A stretch of DNA of 63,041 nucleotides, taken from NCBI GenBank assembly GCA_964396025.1, contig CAYNBT010000001.1, positions 3,129 through 66,169 of the forward strand, in the 5' to 3' direction. Every line of letters starts with the position of its first letter. Within the stretch, counting starts at the first letter, position 1. Shown in pieces: positions 1 to 8,600 of the stretch. The stretch is from an uncultured Candidatus Saccharibacteria bacterium (GTDB lineage: Bacteria > Patescibacteriota > WWE3 > UBA101185 > UBA10185). Both the position numbers and the translations under genes were made by a program. The notes beneath the pieces were generated by a model. It saw only the letters and a list, made by a program, of their open reading frames with translations, had not been told where the DNA came from and searched no databases.

Positions 1-213
1 CGAAGAATCTTGAACATGCTTAAAAAGCTTGGCTTGACTATAGAGTTACGATTCATTGCAGATGATCCTATCAATACTGACTGCATTGATATCGTTGTAA
101 ACGGAGAGTTTGTTGGCGTTGTGTTTATTGAACCAGAATCTGATTGGGTAGAACTGTTAATCCGAGATCTTACAGAACTGGCAGAACACCCGGACAAATA
201 CGGCTTTGCTTAG
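1..213 (+). CDS. small conserved hypothetical protein, paralog 1 of 3 (5' end cut by window edge)
   Basis: Frame 1 is open from base 1 (RRILNMLKKLGL...). C-terminal 'WVELLIRDLTELAEHPDKY' aligns with the C-termini of the 252..572 and 701..991 products. Confidence 0.6.
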   Translation, partial: RRILNMLKKLGLTIELRFIADDPINTDCIDIVVNGEFVGVVFIEPESDWVELLIRDLTELAEHPDKYGFA

Positions 214-251
214 GCGATTCTATCTCGGAAAACGAACAAGGAGAGTAACAA

Positions 252-572
252 ATGCTCATCAAAAGCGTTAAACTAACGGACTTTGTAGACTTTGACACAG
301 AGAATGTCCCTGCAAGCATATTGTTAATGCTCAAGGCACCACTAGCGGTGAAACAAGACCTTCTAAAACTGCGCGAACTACCCGAAAAGGTTCGCCTTGT
401 ATATCAAGCTGGTAGATACGAGCGTATCTGGATTTACATGGGAGCCTTAGAAGTTGGTTGTGTAGAAATTTATCTCGACATAACGGGTAAACAATGGGCA
501 ATAGAATTGGTAAATGATCTTGTGGAATTGAGCAAAAACCCTAGCTTGTACCTATCCTTCCAAGAAGATTAG
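252..572 (+). CDS. small conserved hypothetical protein, paralog 2 of 3
   Basis: ATG start preceded by AAGGAGAG SD. C-terminal 'WAIELVNDLVELSKNPSLY' is shared with the neighbouring paralogs. Followed by an intrinsic terminator. Confidence 0.7.
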   Translation: MLIKSVKLTDFVDFDTENVPASILLMLKAPLAVKQDLLKLRELPEKVRLVYQAGRYERIWIYMGALEVGCVEIYLDITGKQWAIELVNDLVELSKNPSLYLSFQED

Positions 573-586
573 CGCAGTGCTTTCAT

Positions 587-621
587 AAAGCGAGCCTTAT
601 CACATAAGTCTCGCTTTTTTC
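587..621 (+). terminator. rho-independent terminator after paralog 2
   Basis: AAAGCGAG...CTCGCTTT stem with inner CTTAT/ATAAG pairing, followed by a T-run. Confidence 0.7.
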
Positions 622-644
622 ATCTCAGCTAGCCATACACAAGT

Positions 645-673
645 TTGATTCACTAGATTGCTCGGGCTAAGAT
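645..673 (+). promoter_or_regulatory. sigma70-like promoter for paralog 3 (TTGATT-N17-TAAGAT)
   Basis: -35/-10 hexamers with 17-nt spacing, counted by hand. Followed by a leader containing a CAGGAG SD before the ATG at 701. Confidence 0.5.
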
Positions 674-700
674 GCCAGAAATCATATTACAGGAGTCTCC

Positions 701-991
701 ATGCTATATCAACGCGTTAGCTTGTTAAAATTCGTCGCATATGAGGACGAGGCAGTACAGCCGCTAAACCACATTCTATTTGCACCGGCTAAAGACATTC
801 CGGAGCTTGAGAAACTGAAAGATCTTCCCGGCCAAGTAACCTTGAAGCTTGTTAGTCATACAAGATTAGGTATTTTCCTGAACGGCGTGCAACTGGGGGA
901 AGTTAGGATGGGCAGATCATATGCATGGGTTAAAACACTGCTAAAAGATCTCAAAGAGCTTGCTACCAACCCAGATGATTACATTTTTTAG
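701..991 (+). CDS. small conserved hypothetical protein, paralog 3 of 3
   Basis: ATG with AGGAG SD. N-terminal 'MLYQRVSLLKFVAYEDEAV' and C-terminal 'WVKTLLKDLKELATNPDDY' align with paralog 2. Confidence 0.7.
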   Translation: MLYQRVSLLKFVAYEDEAVQPLNHILFAPAKDIPELEKLKDLPGQVTLKLVSHTRLGIFLNGVQLGEVRMGRSYAWVKTLLKDLKELATNPDDYIF

Positions 992-995
992 GAGC

Positions 996-1037
996 AAAAG
1001 GCCTGTGATGCTACCCATGCAACACCGGCCTTTTTTT
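996..1037 (+). terminator. rho-independent terminator after paralog 3
   Basis: AAAAGGCCTGTG...CACCGGCCTTTT hairpin followed by T7. Confidence 0.7.
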
Positions 1038-1053
1038 ATACCTATTTAACGCA

Positions 1054-1059
1054 TATAAT
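1054..1059 (+). promoter_or_regulatory. -10 box TATAAT 6 nt upstream of the ATG at 1066 (leaderless-type)
   Basis: TATAAT-ttacgc-ATG with no purine-rich SD. Confidence 0.45.
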
Positions 1060-1065
1060 TTACGC

Positions 1066-1908
1066 ATGAATGCTAATCTCACCGAAGCCCCACGACCTGA
1101 GCTAGAAACCCCTCACGGCTTTGAATCGCTATTTCAAGCCCCAAACAACGAACTGCCATCTAACATTAAAACAGTTCTTGCCAAGGCACCTTCAGAGATC
1201 AAAGCTATTATAGTTGCGCCCTTGGTGAGAATGGAAACCACGCTTACCACCAGCGCAGACAAATTACACCCCACTGTACTAGAAAACTTCAAAAAACAAT
1301 ATGGAGTAGGTATGGAAGCTGTGGCCTTTTTTGATGGATTTTGTGAAAGCGCCAACGGCGTGGGCAAATACGAACTCAGAACCGAAACCGATCCCAATGG
1401 CGGAATCGACATCTTTATGCGCCCGTGGAAAGAAGGCGTAGCATGGGGCAAGATTGGAGAAGACAATGTAGACGAGGTGCAAATCCGAATCCGCACCGGC
1501 GAGAACACTCAAAATTCCAAAGATGCCTACACTCCAATGCAGTTGAATTTTCGGTTTTTGCAGTATGAACACGGTAAAGCCGAAGAAATCACATCACTAA
1601 GAGTCGATATGCACAACAGAGAAAATGCTGAGATTCAAGTTGATGCAATTGTTGGAGGCGACATGATGGACCGAAAGCATGAGGCTGTAAGGTCAATGAA
1701 CAATGGAGACAAAGAGGAGAACTTTAGGGCACTGCAAGCAGCTTTTTTGTTAAATTTCTCAGAGAGATTCCTGCTAAGCAAAGGCGAAGATGACAAGTTT
1801 GACATTAGGGGAGGCATTCAAGTTGATAAATCATCACGTCCACACCTTGAAACACTAGCTAAAGAACTGAACAAGGCACAAAACTTCTTGGATTCATTGA
1901 AGTCCTAA
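1066..1908 (+). CDS. hypothetical protein (280 aa)
   Basis: Long ORF with an ATG start and no recognisable motifs. By eye it is GC-richer than the core genes. Confidence 0.6.
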   Translation: MNANLTEAPRPELETPHGFESLFQAPNNELPSNIKTVLAKAPSEIKAIIVAPLVRMETTLTTSADKLHPTVLENFKKQYGVGMEAVAFFDGFCESANGVGKYELRTETDPNGGIDIFMRPWKEGVAWGKIGEDNVDEVQIRIRTGENTQNSKDAYTPMQLNFRFLQYEHGKAEEITSLRVDMHNRENAEIQVDAIVGGDMMDRKHEAVRSMNNGDKEENFRALQAAFLLNFSERFLLSKGEDDKFDIRGGIQVDKSSRPHLETLAKELNKAQNFLDSLKS

Positions 1909-3890
1909 AGGTCTTTCACCCTTAACAGTGTTGTGTTATCGTCGCCGGCTACATACGTAGTAAGTGCTCGCAAGGCAACTCCAGTATCAAAACCATACTT
2001 TGTTTTTTCCGAAGTACCAATAACAGCATATTCAACATTGTACTTTTTTAGCAGGTAGGTAACTTCAATCAGTGACGTGCTAGTATAAATTTTTTCTACA
2101 TCCCCCATTCTGTTTGCAATTGGCTCCCATTCCCCTCTCCAACCTAGTTCGTGCTCGGTCCAACCTATTACAGTAGGCAACCCTGTATAGGAAGAAACAA
2201 TCGAATCCATGGAGTATGGCCTTCCGGGGGCCTCAAGCAAAATCGGTTGTCCTTCTACATTTTCATTAATCCAAGCTATCACTGATTTTGCACCAATGTC
2301 TTTTTCCTTCAAATATTGTGAACCATCCAAACCCTTAAACACATATTTTGGTCCAATAATATAACGAACACTTGTAACCGAATACGCAAAAACAAACCCC
2401 AATAAAATCAAAACAGGAGAAATACTTAATACAAGATGTAGAGGTCGCTTAAATGCCTGACTGGCCCGAACAAAACAATATGCACCAACTATAGTTAAGA
2501 TTATCCATGCCTGATACCAAATCTTGAACACAGTATTGGCACGATAGTAGGGCGGGTTCAGTTTGTAGTAAATGTCCTTTACAAAAAATGTTTCCGGAAG
2601 AAAAACTAATAACATCCCAAAAAAGATCAAAAAGAGCACGAATTTATTGGTTTTATGAAAACTGTTCTTTACTCCTGTGATAAGGAAAAAAACTACTACC
2701 ACTGCAAAAAACCCAAACATCTTAAAAATAGCCAAAAGGTCATTTTTGGGCCATGTGAAACCTACGCCACCAGATGGGGGCGAAAAGTTAAGATAGAAGG
2801 GAAGGTAAAGCAAAATTGAGAATGCCACCAACAGGGATCCGTAGATTACGGATTTCTTTAAAACTATCTTGTTATCAAACTGCCGTGAAAGTACACTTAA
2901 AACCAATACACCAAGAACAGGCAAGTAGATAAACCAGTCCCAACTATTAGTAGCTCCAAGTGCACCAAAGGATAAAGGTAAAAAAAGCCATTTTTTATCA
3001 AAATCTGCGGAATGCGACGAGTAAATACTAAAACACAGAGCTAAAAACAATAGCACATATGGAATGTTTAAAATGTGTGCGTGCAAATCTCCAATCAAAA
3101 AGCTGTAGGCAGGAAATTCATTTATTGTGTTAGGAATTAAACTTCGAGCCTGCGCATAAAAATAGTTATCTGCTTGCATGACTACTTTGTAATAAAAGAA
3201 GTCAAGGTTTCCCCCAATCAACAAAACAAGAGATGACACCACAGCTGCTATGTATTTGTGTGTAAGGTGATAAATTATAGAAAAAGCAGCAGTACCAACC
3301 ATAGCAAAAAGTGTTGCAACATAAAGATTGTAAAAAACGGCAGAATCTATGCCGCTCAATTGATTTAGTATAGAAACCCCTAAATGACCAAAATAGTAAT
3401 AATTAATCTCAAAACCACTAAACCACACATCTTGTGGTGGAATAGACTCAGAACGATTTAGCCCATTTATAATGGCAAAATCCATAAACTTCTCAATTCC
3501 TTCAATTTGTGGCTGCGCTCCTCTAAACGCAAGCATTGCTACAAAAAGAAGCGCAAACAATAGTTCTTCTTTTACAAATATTTTCAGTTCATCTTTAGTG
3601 ATTTTGGTGTTACTTTGATAAAAAAAGGCGTAATTTACAAAAACTATTATAAGTGTACATATAACAAGTGCAAAAATACCAAATCGAATTTTGAGCAGAT
3701 AAGACAAGTTCAGAATAACGTAAAACCAGTAAAAAATGTTTAATGCTAAAAAGGAAATTGCCAATTGAAATATTATTTTTGCAAACGGATAACCTTTATC
3801 CCTAAATCCTGAGAATAAAGCTCTAGTTAAAGGCAGGCACAAAACACCAAGTACAATTAAAAACAGATAATATACTAAAGCAATTACCAT
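1905..3890 (-). CDS. DUF2298 / 'YYY' multi-pass membrane protein (putative GT-C-like glycosyltransferase)
   Basis: More than 12 predicted TM helices, the hallmark 'FEINYYYFGHLG' motif, and a soluble C-terminal domain. Last gene of the 10180->1905 operon. Confidence 0.7.
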   Translation of the reverse strand: MVIALVYYLFLIVLGVLCLPLTRALFSGFRDKGYPFAKIIFQLAISFLALNIFYWFYVILNLSYLLKIRFGIFALVICTLIIVFVNYAFFYQSNTKITKDELKIFVKEELLFALLFVAMLAFRGAQPQIEGIEKFMDFAIINGLNRSESIPPQDVWFSGFEINYYYFGHLGVSILNQLSGIDSAVFYNLYVATLFAMVGTAAFSIIYHLTHKYIAAVVSSLVLLIGGNLDFFYYKVVMQADNYFYAQARSLIPNTINEFPAYSFLIGDLHAHILNIPYVLLFLALCFSIYSSHSADFDKKWLFLPLSFGALGATNSWDWFIYLPVLGVLVLSVLSRQFDNKIVLKKSVIYGSLLVAFSILLYLPFYLNFSPPSGGVGFTWPKNDLLAIFKMFGFFAVVVVFFLITGVKNSFHKTNKFVLFLIFFGMLLVFLPETFFVKDIYYKLNPPYYRANTVFKIWYQAWIILTIVGAYCFVRASQAFKRPLHLVLSISPVLILLGFVFAYSVTSVRYIIGPKYVFKGLDGSQYLKEKDIGAKSVIAWINENVEGQPILLEAPGRPYSMDSIVSSYTGLPTVIGWTEHELGWRGEWEPIANRMGDVEKIYTSTSLIEVTYLLKKYNVEYAVIGTSEKTKYGFDTGVALRALTTYVAGDDNTTLLRVKDL

Positions 3891-3906
3891 AAGTTAATCA
3901 CTAAAT

Positions 3907-5688
3907 TCAAGGTGTAAAAGTGATAGTAATTTTGGCATCAGAAATGAATTTTCTTGCATAAGCACCACCTGTACCCTTTGCAATGATGCTGAGATTGTTA
4001 CCTGTGGACCAATCAGAACGATCGGTCACTGCACTGATCAACGATTTTACATCTTCGAGTGAGTACCATACTCCTGAGTTCCATGATGTATTGCTGGAGT
4101 GACCTATTTTATCTGACGATAAGGCGCGTGCCCCAGGCAAGGCAGACGAAGAAAATGAGTTGCTACTACTTGAATTCTCAGAGAATAGATCAAGATCTAT
4201 GCTTATCCACTGAGTGCTAGCCGATTTTAGCTCTAGTTTTGCCGAATTTATTGTGGCTCCTTTTGGTATGCTTACATTGGCAAAACGCATTCCTAGATAG
4301 CTTGATGTTTCACTAGCTCCATTTCCAATCCAAGGCGGTGTTGAACCAGAACTACCATCCTGACTATAAAGCTGAGCGTTCAATGTGATAGTCTGTGCAG
4401 TAGGAACAGGTGTCGGAGTTGCCGTTGGAGTTGGTGTAGGAGTTGGCGTAGCCGTGGGCGTAGGCGTAGGTGTTGGAGTTGGTGTTGCAGTTATACTCGG
4501 GGTAGGGGTTGGCGTTGGGGTAGGTGTAGGTGTTACGACTACTGTATTTATTGCAAAATCATCCACTAAAGCTACACCATTAAAACCAAAGTTAACTAGG
4601 CCGAAGTAGACCGGTGCAGAAAGATTCTGTGCGGTAAATGACTTTGTCACTTTTAATTCAACCCAATCTTTTGATGCTTTTTTAGCAGCCTGTGCTTGTC
4701 CATAATCTGCTGTACCAAGATCTTCATACTTACCTACTCTTAGAGAAGGCTTGCCCCAACCCGTACCCGAAGTAGTAACCTTTACCCACGACGAGAATGT
4801 ATAAGATACGTTTGGTTTGAGCAAAGCTGCAATATCTTGTGAAACATAGGCATTAGTGTTTGTTAGCTTTGCGGAGTTGTTGCCCGTTCTGCCGGAAGTG
4901 TTAAGGGATGTGCCTGAATTAACTTTCCAACCACTCAATGAGCCGGATTCAAAACCAGCATTTAGCAAGGCAGTTGGGGTCGGAGTTGGAGCAGGAGTGC
5001 CTGAAGGGGTAGGCGTAGGCGTTGGAGTAGTTGTGGGAGTAGGCGTTGGAGTCGGTGTAGGAGCTAAAACTGCAACTATTGAATTTGTAACTGAATAGAG
5101 AGCGTCAGAAGGAGAATCTGCCACAGACACATTACTATCCGTAGTCGCATCAGGACTAAATTGTATGGTCAGTGGAGTGTTTCCTGCCAAAACCGGTCTA
5201 AAAACTAATGTGGCTATCTGTAACTGAGAATTTCCTGCCAGAGGGGCTGTAACAGCCTGCGCGGTTGCATCATAAGCAAGCAGACTAAAATCTATGAAAC
5301 CTGTAGAGTTTGCATTTGATACTGCTTGTGTGAGTGGTGGCGTATATGTAACTGTCGTTGGTAGATTAGTTGAAGGCAATATTTGTTCCAAAACTAAGTT
5401 TTGAGTTGAAAATTGAATTCTGGAATCCAACCCAACAACTGAACGACCATTTGGATTTAGAATTAAGGGCACATTAAAACTTTTGCCTAAATCAGCAGAG
5501 ATGTTTTGGGGCAAAATCAAAGAGCTTCCAGATGTTAAACCAAGAATCAAACCATTACCTGTACTAAAGTACAAAGAAAAAGAAAAAGAAAGTAAGGCAC
5601 TAAACATGGTTAATAGCCTAAACTCACTGTTGTTTGTAATTAGTGTTTTGAGTGTTTGATTATTTGATAAACTGTCACGTAAACTCAT
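3907..5688 (-). CDS. membrane-anchored surface protein: cohesin-like domain + PT linker + CBM4/9/22-like module + PT linker + unknown C-terminal domain
   Basis: N-terminal hydrophobic anchor. Residues ~58-205 follow a cohesin-like beta-sandwich pattern ('GKSFNVPLILNPNGRSVVGLDSRIQF...LTIQF'). A CBM-like start 'GFESGSLSGWKV' is present, along with two (TP)n linkers. Confidence 0.6.
   Translation of the reverse strand: MSLRDSLSNNQTLKTLITNNSEFRLLTMFSALLSFSFSLYFSTGNGLILGLTSGSSLILPQNISADLGKSFNVPLILNPNGRSVVGLDSRIQFSTQNLVLEQILPSTNLPTTVTYTPPLTQAVSNANSTGFIDFSLLAYDATAQAVTAPLAGNSQLQIATLVFRPVLAGNTPLTIQFSPDATTDSNVSVADSPSDALYSVTNSIVAVLAPTPTPTPTPTTTPTPTPTPSGTPAPTPTPTALLNAGFESGSLSGWKVNSGTSLNTSGRTGNNSAKLTNTNAYVSQDIAALLKPNVSYTFSSWVKVTTSGTGWGKPSLRVGKYEDLGTADYGQAQAAKKASKDWVELKVTKSFTAQNLSAPVYFGLVNFGFNGVALVDDFAINTVVVTPTPTPTPTPTPSITATPTPTPTPTPTATPTPTPTPTATPTPVPTAQTITLNAQLYSQDGSSGSTPPWIGNGASETSSYLGMRFANVSIPKGATINSAKLELKSASTQWISIDLDLFSENSSSSNSFSSSALPGARALSSDKIGHSSNTSWNSGVWYSLEDVKSLISAVTDRSDWSTGNNLSIIAKGTGGAYARKFISDAKITITFTP
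4399..4536 (-). repeat. imperfect (ACN-CCN)n repeat encoding PT linker 2 of the 593-aa protein
   Basis: Residues 385-430 read '[45 protein letters not shown]'. Confidence 0.9.
4972..5064 (-). repeat. imperfect repeat encoding PT linker 1 of the 593-aa protein
   Basis: Residues 209-239 read '[31 protein letters not shown]'. Confidence 0.9.
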
Positions 5689-5689
5689 A

Positions 5690-8600
5690 TTAATTGCCTG
5701 TAAGGTTCTTTAAATAACTACCAACATTTCCAAAGAAAGATGATTCGACTTTTATCTGAGAAGGATCGGTCACAATGATCTCAGGAATCTTTCCATCTGG
5801 CCAATATAGAGATACTGTTCCATTTACTTCAACTGTCTTGCCTTTAAGACTTTCAATGTCATAGTTGAAATCTTGAGCATCTTGAGCAAAGATTCTAACT
5901 AAGAACGTTGAATGGGGATCTTCTGTGAATCCAAGATAATATGCTTTTGGAGTATTGTCTTCAACTACCTTAACAGTTCCTTTTAGAATAACATTCTGAT
6001 TTAAATAGTCTGCTGCTTGATCCCAAGAAATAACTGTAGGAGACTTAACAGTTTGGGCACCAAGTACAGAAGACATGGCGGGCGCTGTACTCATAGCTAA
6101 GTTATCATTTGACGATGCTGTAGGATTGCCATTCTCCAAAGCGATGATAGCACCGTCATTTGTCTTGACTAAGACAAGCCCGTCGGAGACAACAACAAAG
6201 GGTGTAGAACCAGAATTAGGATTGTACGAATTGTGATATTCATAAAAACCAGCAGGAAATGCTCTGGAGTCACCATAGCCATACAAACCGTTGCTACAAT
6301 ATCTTGTGCTTGAGTTGAACGGGCAGTTAGAAGGCCCGTAATTAAACAGCCCATCACCTCCTGGATAAATTGCCGGGTTGCATTGGGTATTTGAAGAATC
6401 GCAGTAGACCTGTCTCCAAATAATGTTTGGTGCTGCTACTGTCTTGATCGGATTCATATACGTATTACCAACTGCAGAACCACGATCAGTGATGGTAAAA
6501 GCCTGACTGGACAACCAGTGATTATGGAATAAGGTGTTTCCTGAACCCGTCATGTTCATCATTTCATCCGTTTGCATGTCGTGATAGTAAGCAGGGCTTG
6601 GGGGAGTTTGATAGTTTCCGGCATCAGCCCATTGAACAAATCTCATATCGCCGCCTGTATAACCTGAAACCGTGGAATTATCTAAAACCATTTCTCCAAC
6701 GCTCGCGTCCTCTCTTCCATCGCACCAGCTATCCCTTGCACAAATTTGCTGATTTCTAAATGGCACGTATGCAACATTCTTGTTTCCTATCTGTCTAACT
6801 ATTGGTTGAGGCCCCATAGGTAGATAGCCACCATCGCCTGCACCACCATTTCCAGCGTTAGGTGCGGTTGCATAGGCATCGTTACCATCATCAAGCCTTA
6901 AAGCATACAATGCTTGCTGGCGCTTAGAATTATCAGTTAAGAATGTTCTTGCTGCTGCATTTTCTGTAGGGAATGTGCCTCCAGCACCTGGTCCGTCCCA
7001 AAGTGTCTGCCAATCTAAGCGATATCTTATAAAAACTATGCCTTGAGCGTCAGCTATAACAGGCCAACCTTCTTCAGCCTGAGCTACCTCTTTATTTGAA
7101 GTACCTGGATCACCATAAGTTCGATCTGTAGGTTTGTTTGGAGCCCACTTTGCAGTACCGTCTGTTGCTTTTACTGCATGTACAAATAAGTCTCGCGTGA
7201 CATACACAACAGTATCTCTTGAACTTGAGTATGACGGTGCGGTAGCTGCGGGAGTGCTTGAACCAGCGTATTCCCAATTCTTAGTCATTGTTGATGTGGC
7301 TACAGATACTAAATGCCCATTTGCTGCAGCTACGACTACATTAGCCCCAATTAACAACGGAGCGTGATTAAGAGCACTACCTGTATCAAAACTTGCAACT
7401 GTTGCACCTGTTGAAGCATTTAGTTTATAAATAGAGTTCCCACCTGCAACATATAAATATTCATTTGCATAGGCAGGGGTAGAGTTTATGTTTCCAAGAT
7501 TATTCTTAGACCATAAAACTGTACCATTTACTTTATCGTTACTGTTTTTATCTAGGGCAAACACTGTATTGTTTGCTACCATGTACACTCTGTTACCACC
7601 TGTAATAGGCTGCACAAGATCGGGAACGCTCAGATGAGAGGATTGAGGTTTTCCGTCAGATCCTGCTCCATTCCATTGCCACTTATATTTCCAAGGTGTC
7701 GCAACGGTCTGTTCTGTGTAGTGTGTTCTCTGAGCATTACCTCCAAATTGATTCCAAGAAACAGCGCTACCTGGCAACGGAGTCGGGGTTGGAGATGGGG
7801 TTGGTGTAGGAGTTGCCGTAGGAGTAGGCGCAGGGGTCGGCGTTGGAGTAGGTGTGGGTGTAGCCGTAGGAGTTGGGGTTGGCGTTGCAGTGGGTGTGGG
7901 TGTGGGAATAAAGATGGAAGCTCCATATACGACTGCAAAGTCCAAGCTGTTGATTTTGTTATCTCTATATTGATCTAACGAATTATTGGGAGTTGCATTC
8001 CAATTCGTGATCAGAGAAATTATATCTGCAGAATCTACAAAGCCATCTCCTGTAACGTCACCATCACCGTAGGCACTGGGAGTGGGTGTTGGAGTTGGAG
8101 TCGGAGTTGCTGTAGGTACTGGAGTTGGAGTCGGAGCTGGAGTTGTAGTACCATTAATCAACTTTACTGCAAAATCATTAGAAAGTGCATTCACTGGTAT
8201 ATCTACATTTCCACCAACTGGTGTTACATTTGTAGTGGAGATTTTCTGTCCTGTATAGGTATTCCAAATCTCTAAAGTGTAAGCAGACTGCAACAAATTC
8301 TTTACAGTGACAGTACCAGATACTGCAGCAGTTGAGTTTGCTGAGTTGTACCAAGTGTTATTTCTGTTCTGAATCCAAATGTATGCATTCTTTTTGTCGG
8401 AACTTCTCATTCCATAAGCTCTTAGGACTGGATTTGAAACTGTAAGTGTTTCGCCTGTATAGCCGGGAATCGTATCGGAAGTGCCCATTAGAAATGTGAA
8501 ACTGCTTCCGGCATAATTGACCCCACTAAAATATTCCTTCGCCGCCTTCCTTTGCTCATAGCGTTTTGCTGTGGTTGCTGAATCCTCTTGATCCCAATAC

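Noticed and set aside
4385-5098. Gly-Val-rich ORFs (4385..4609 and 4856..5098; also 7634..7978 and 7630..7938)
   Set aside because: They are antisense or off-frame readings of the Pro-Thr linker repeats inside the two large surface-protein genes. They are low-complexity, with no independent start or regulatory signals.
4399-8146. Repetitive DNA tracts considered as a CRISPR array or contingency microsatellites
   Set aside because: The repeats are 6-nt degenerate codon repeats inside ORFs with no spacer-repeat periodicity. No cas genes are present. Synonymous variation breaks perfect tandem identity.
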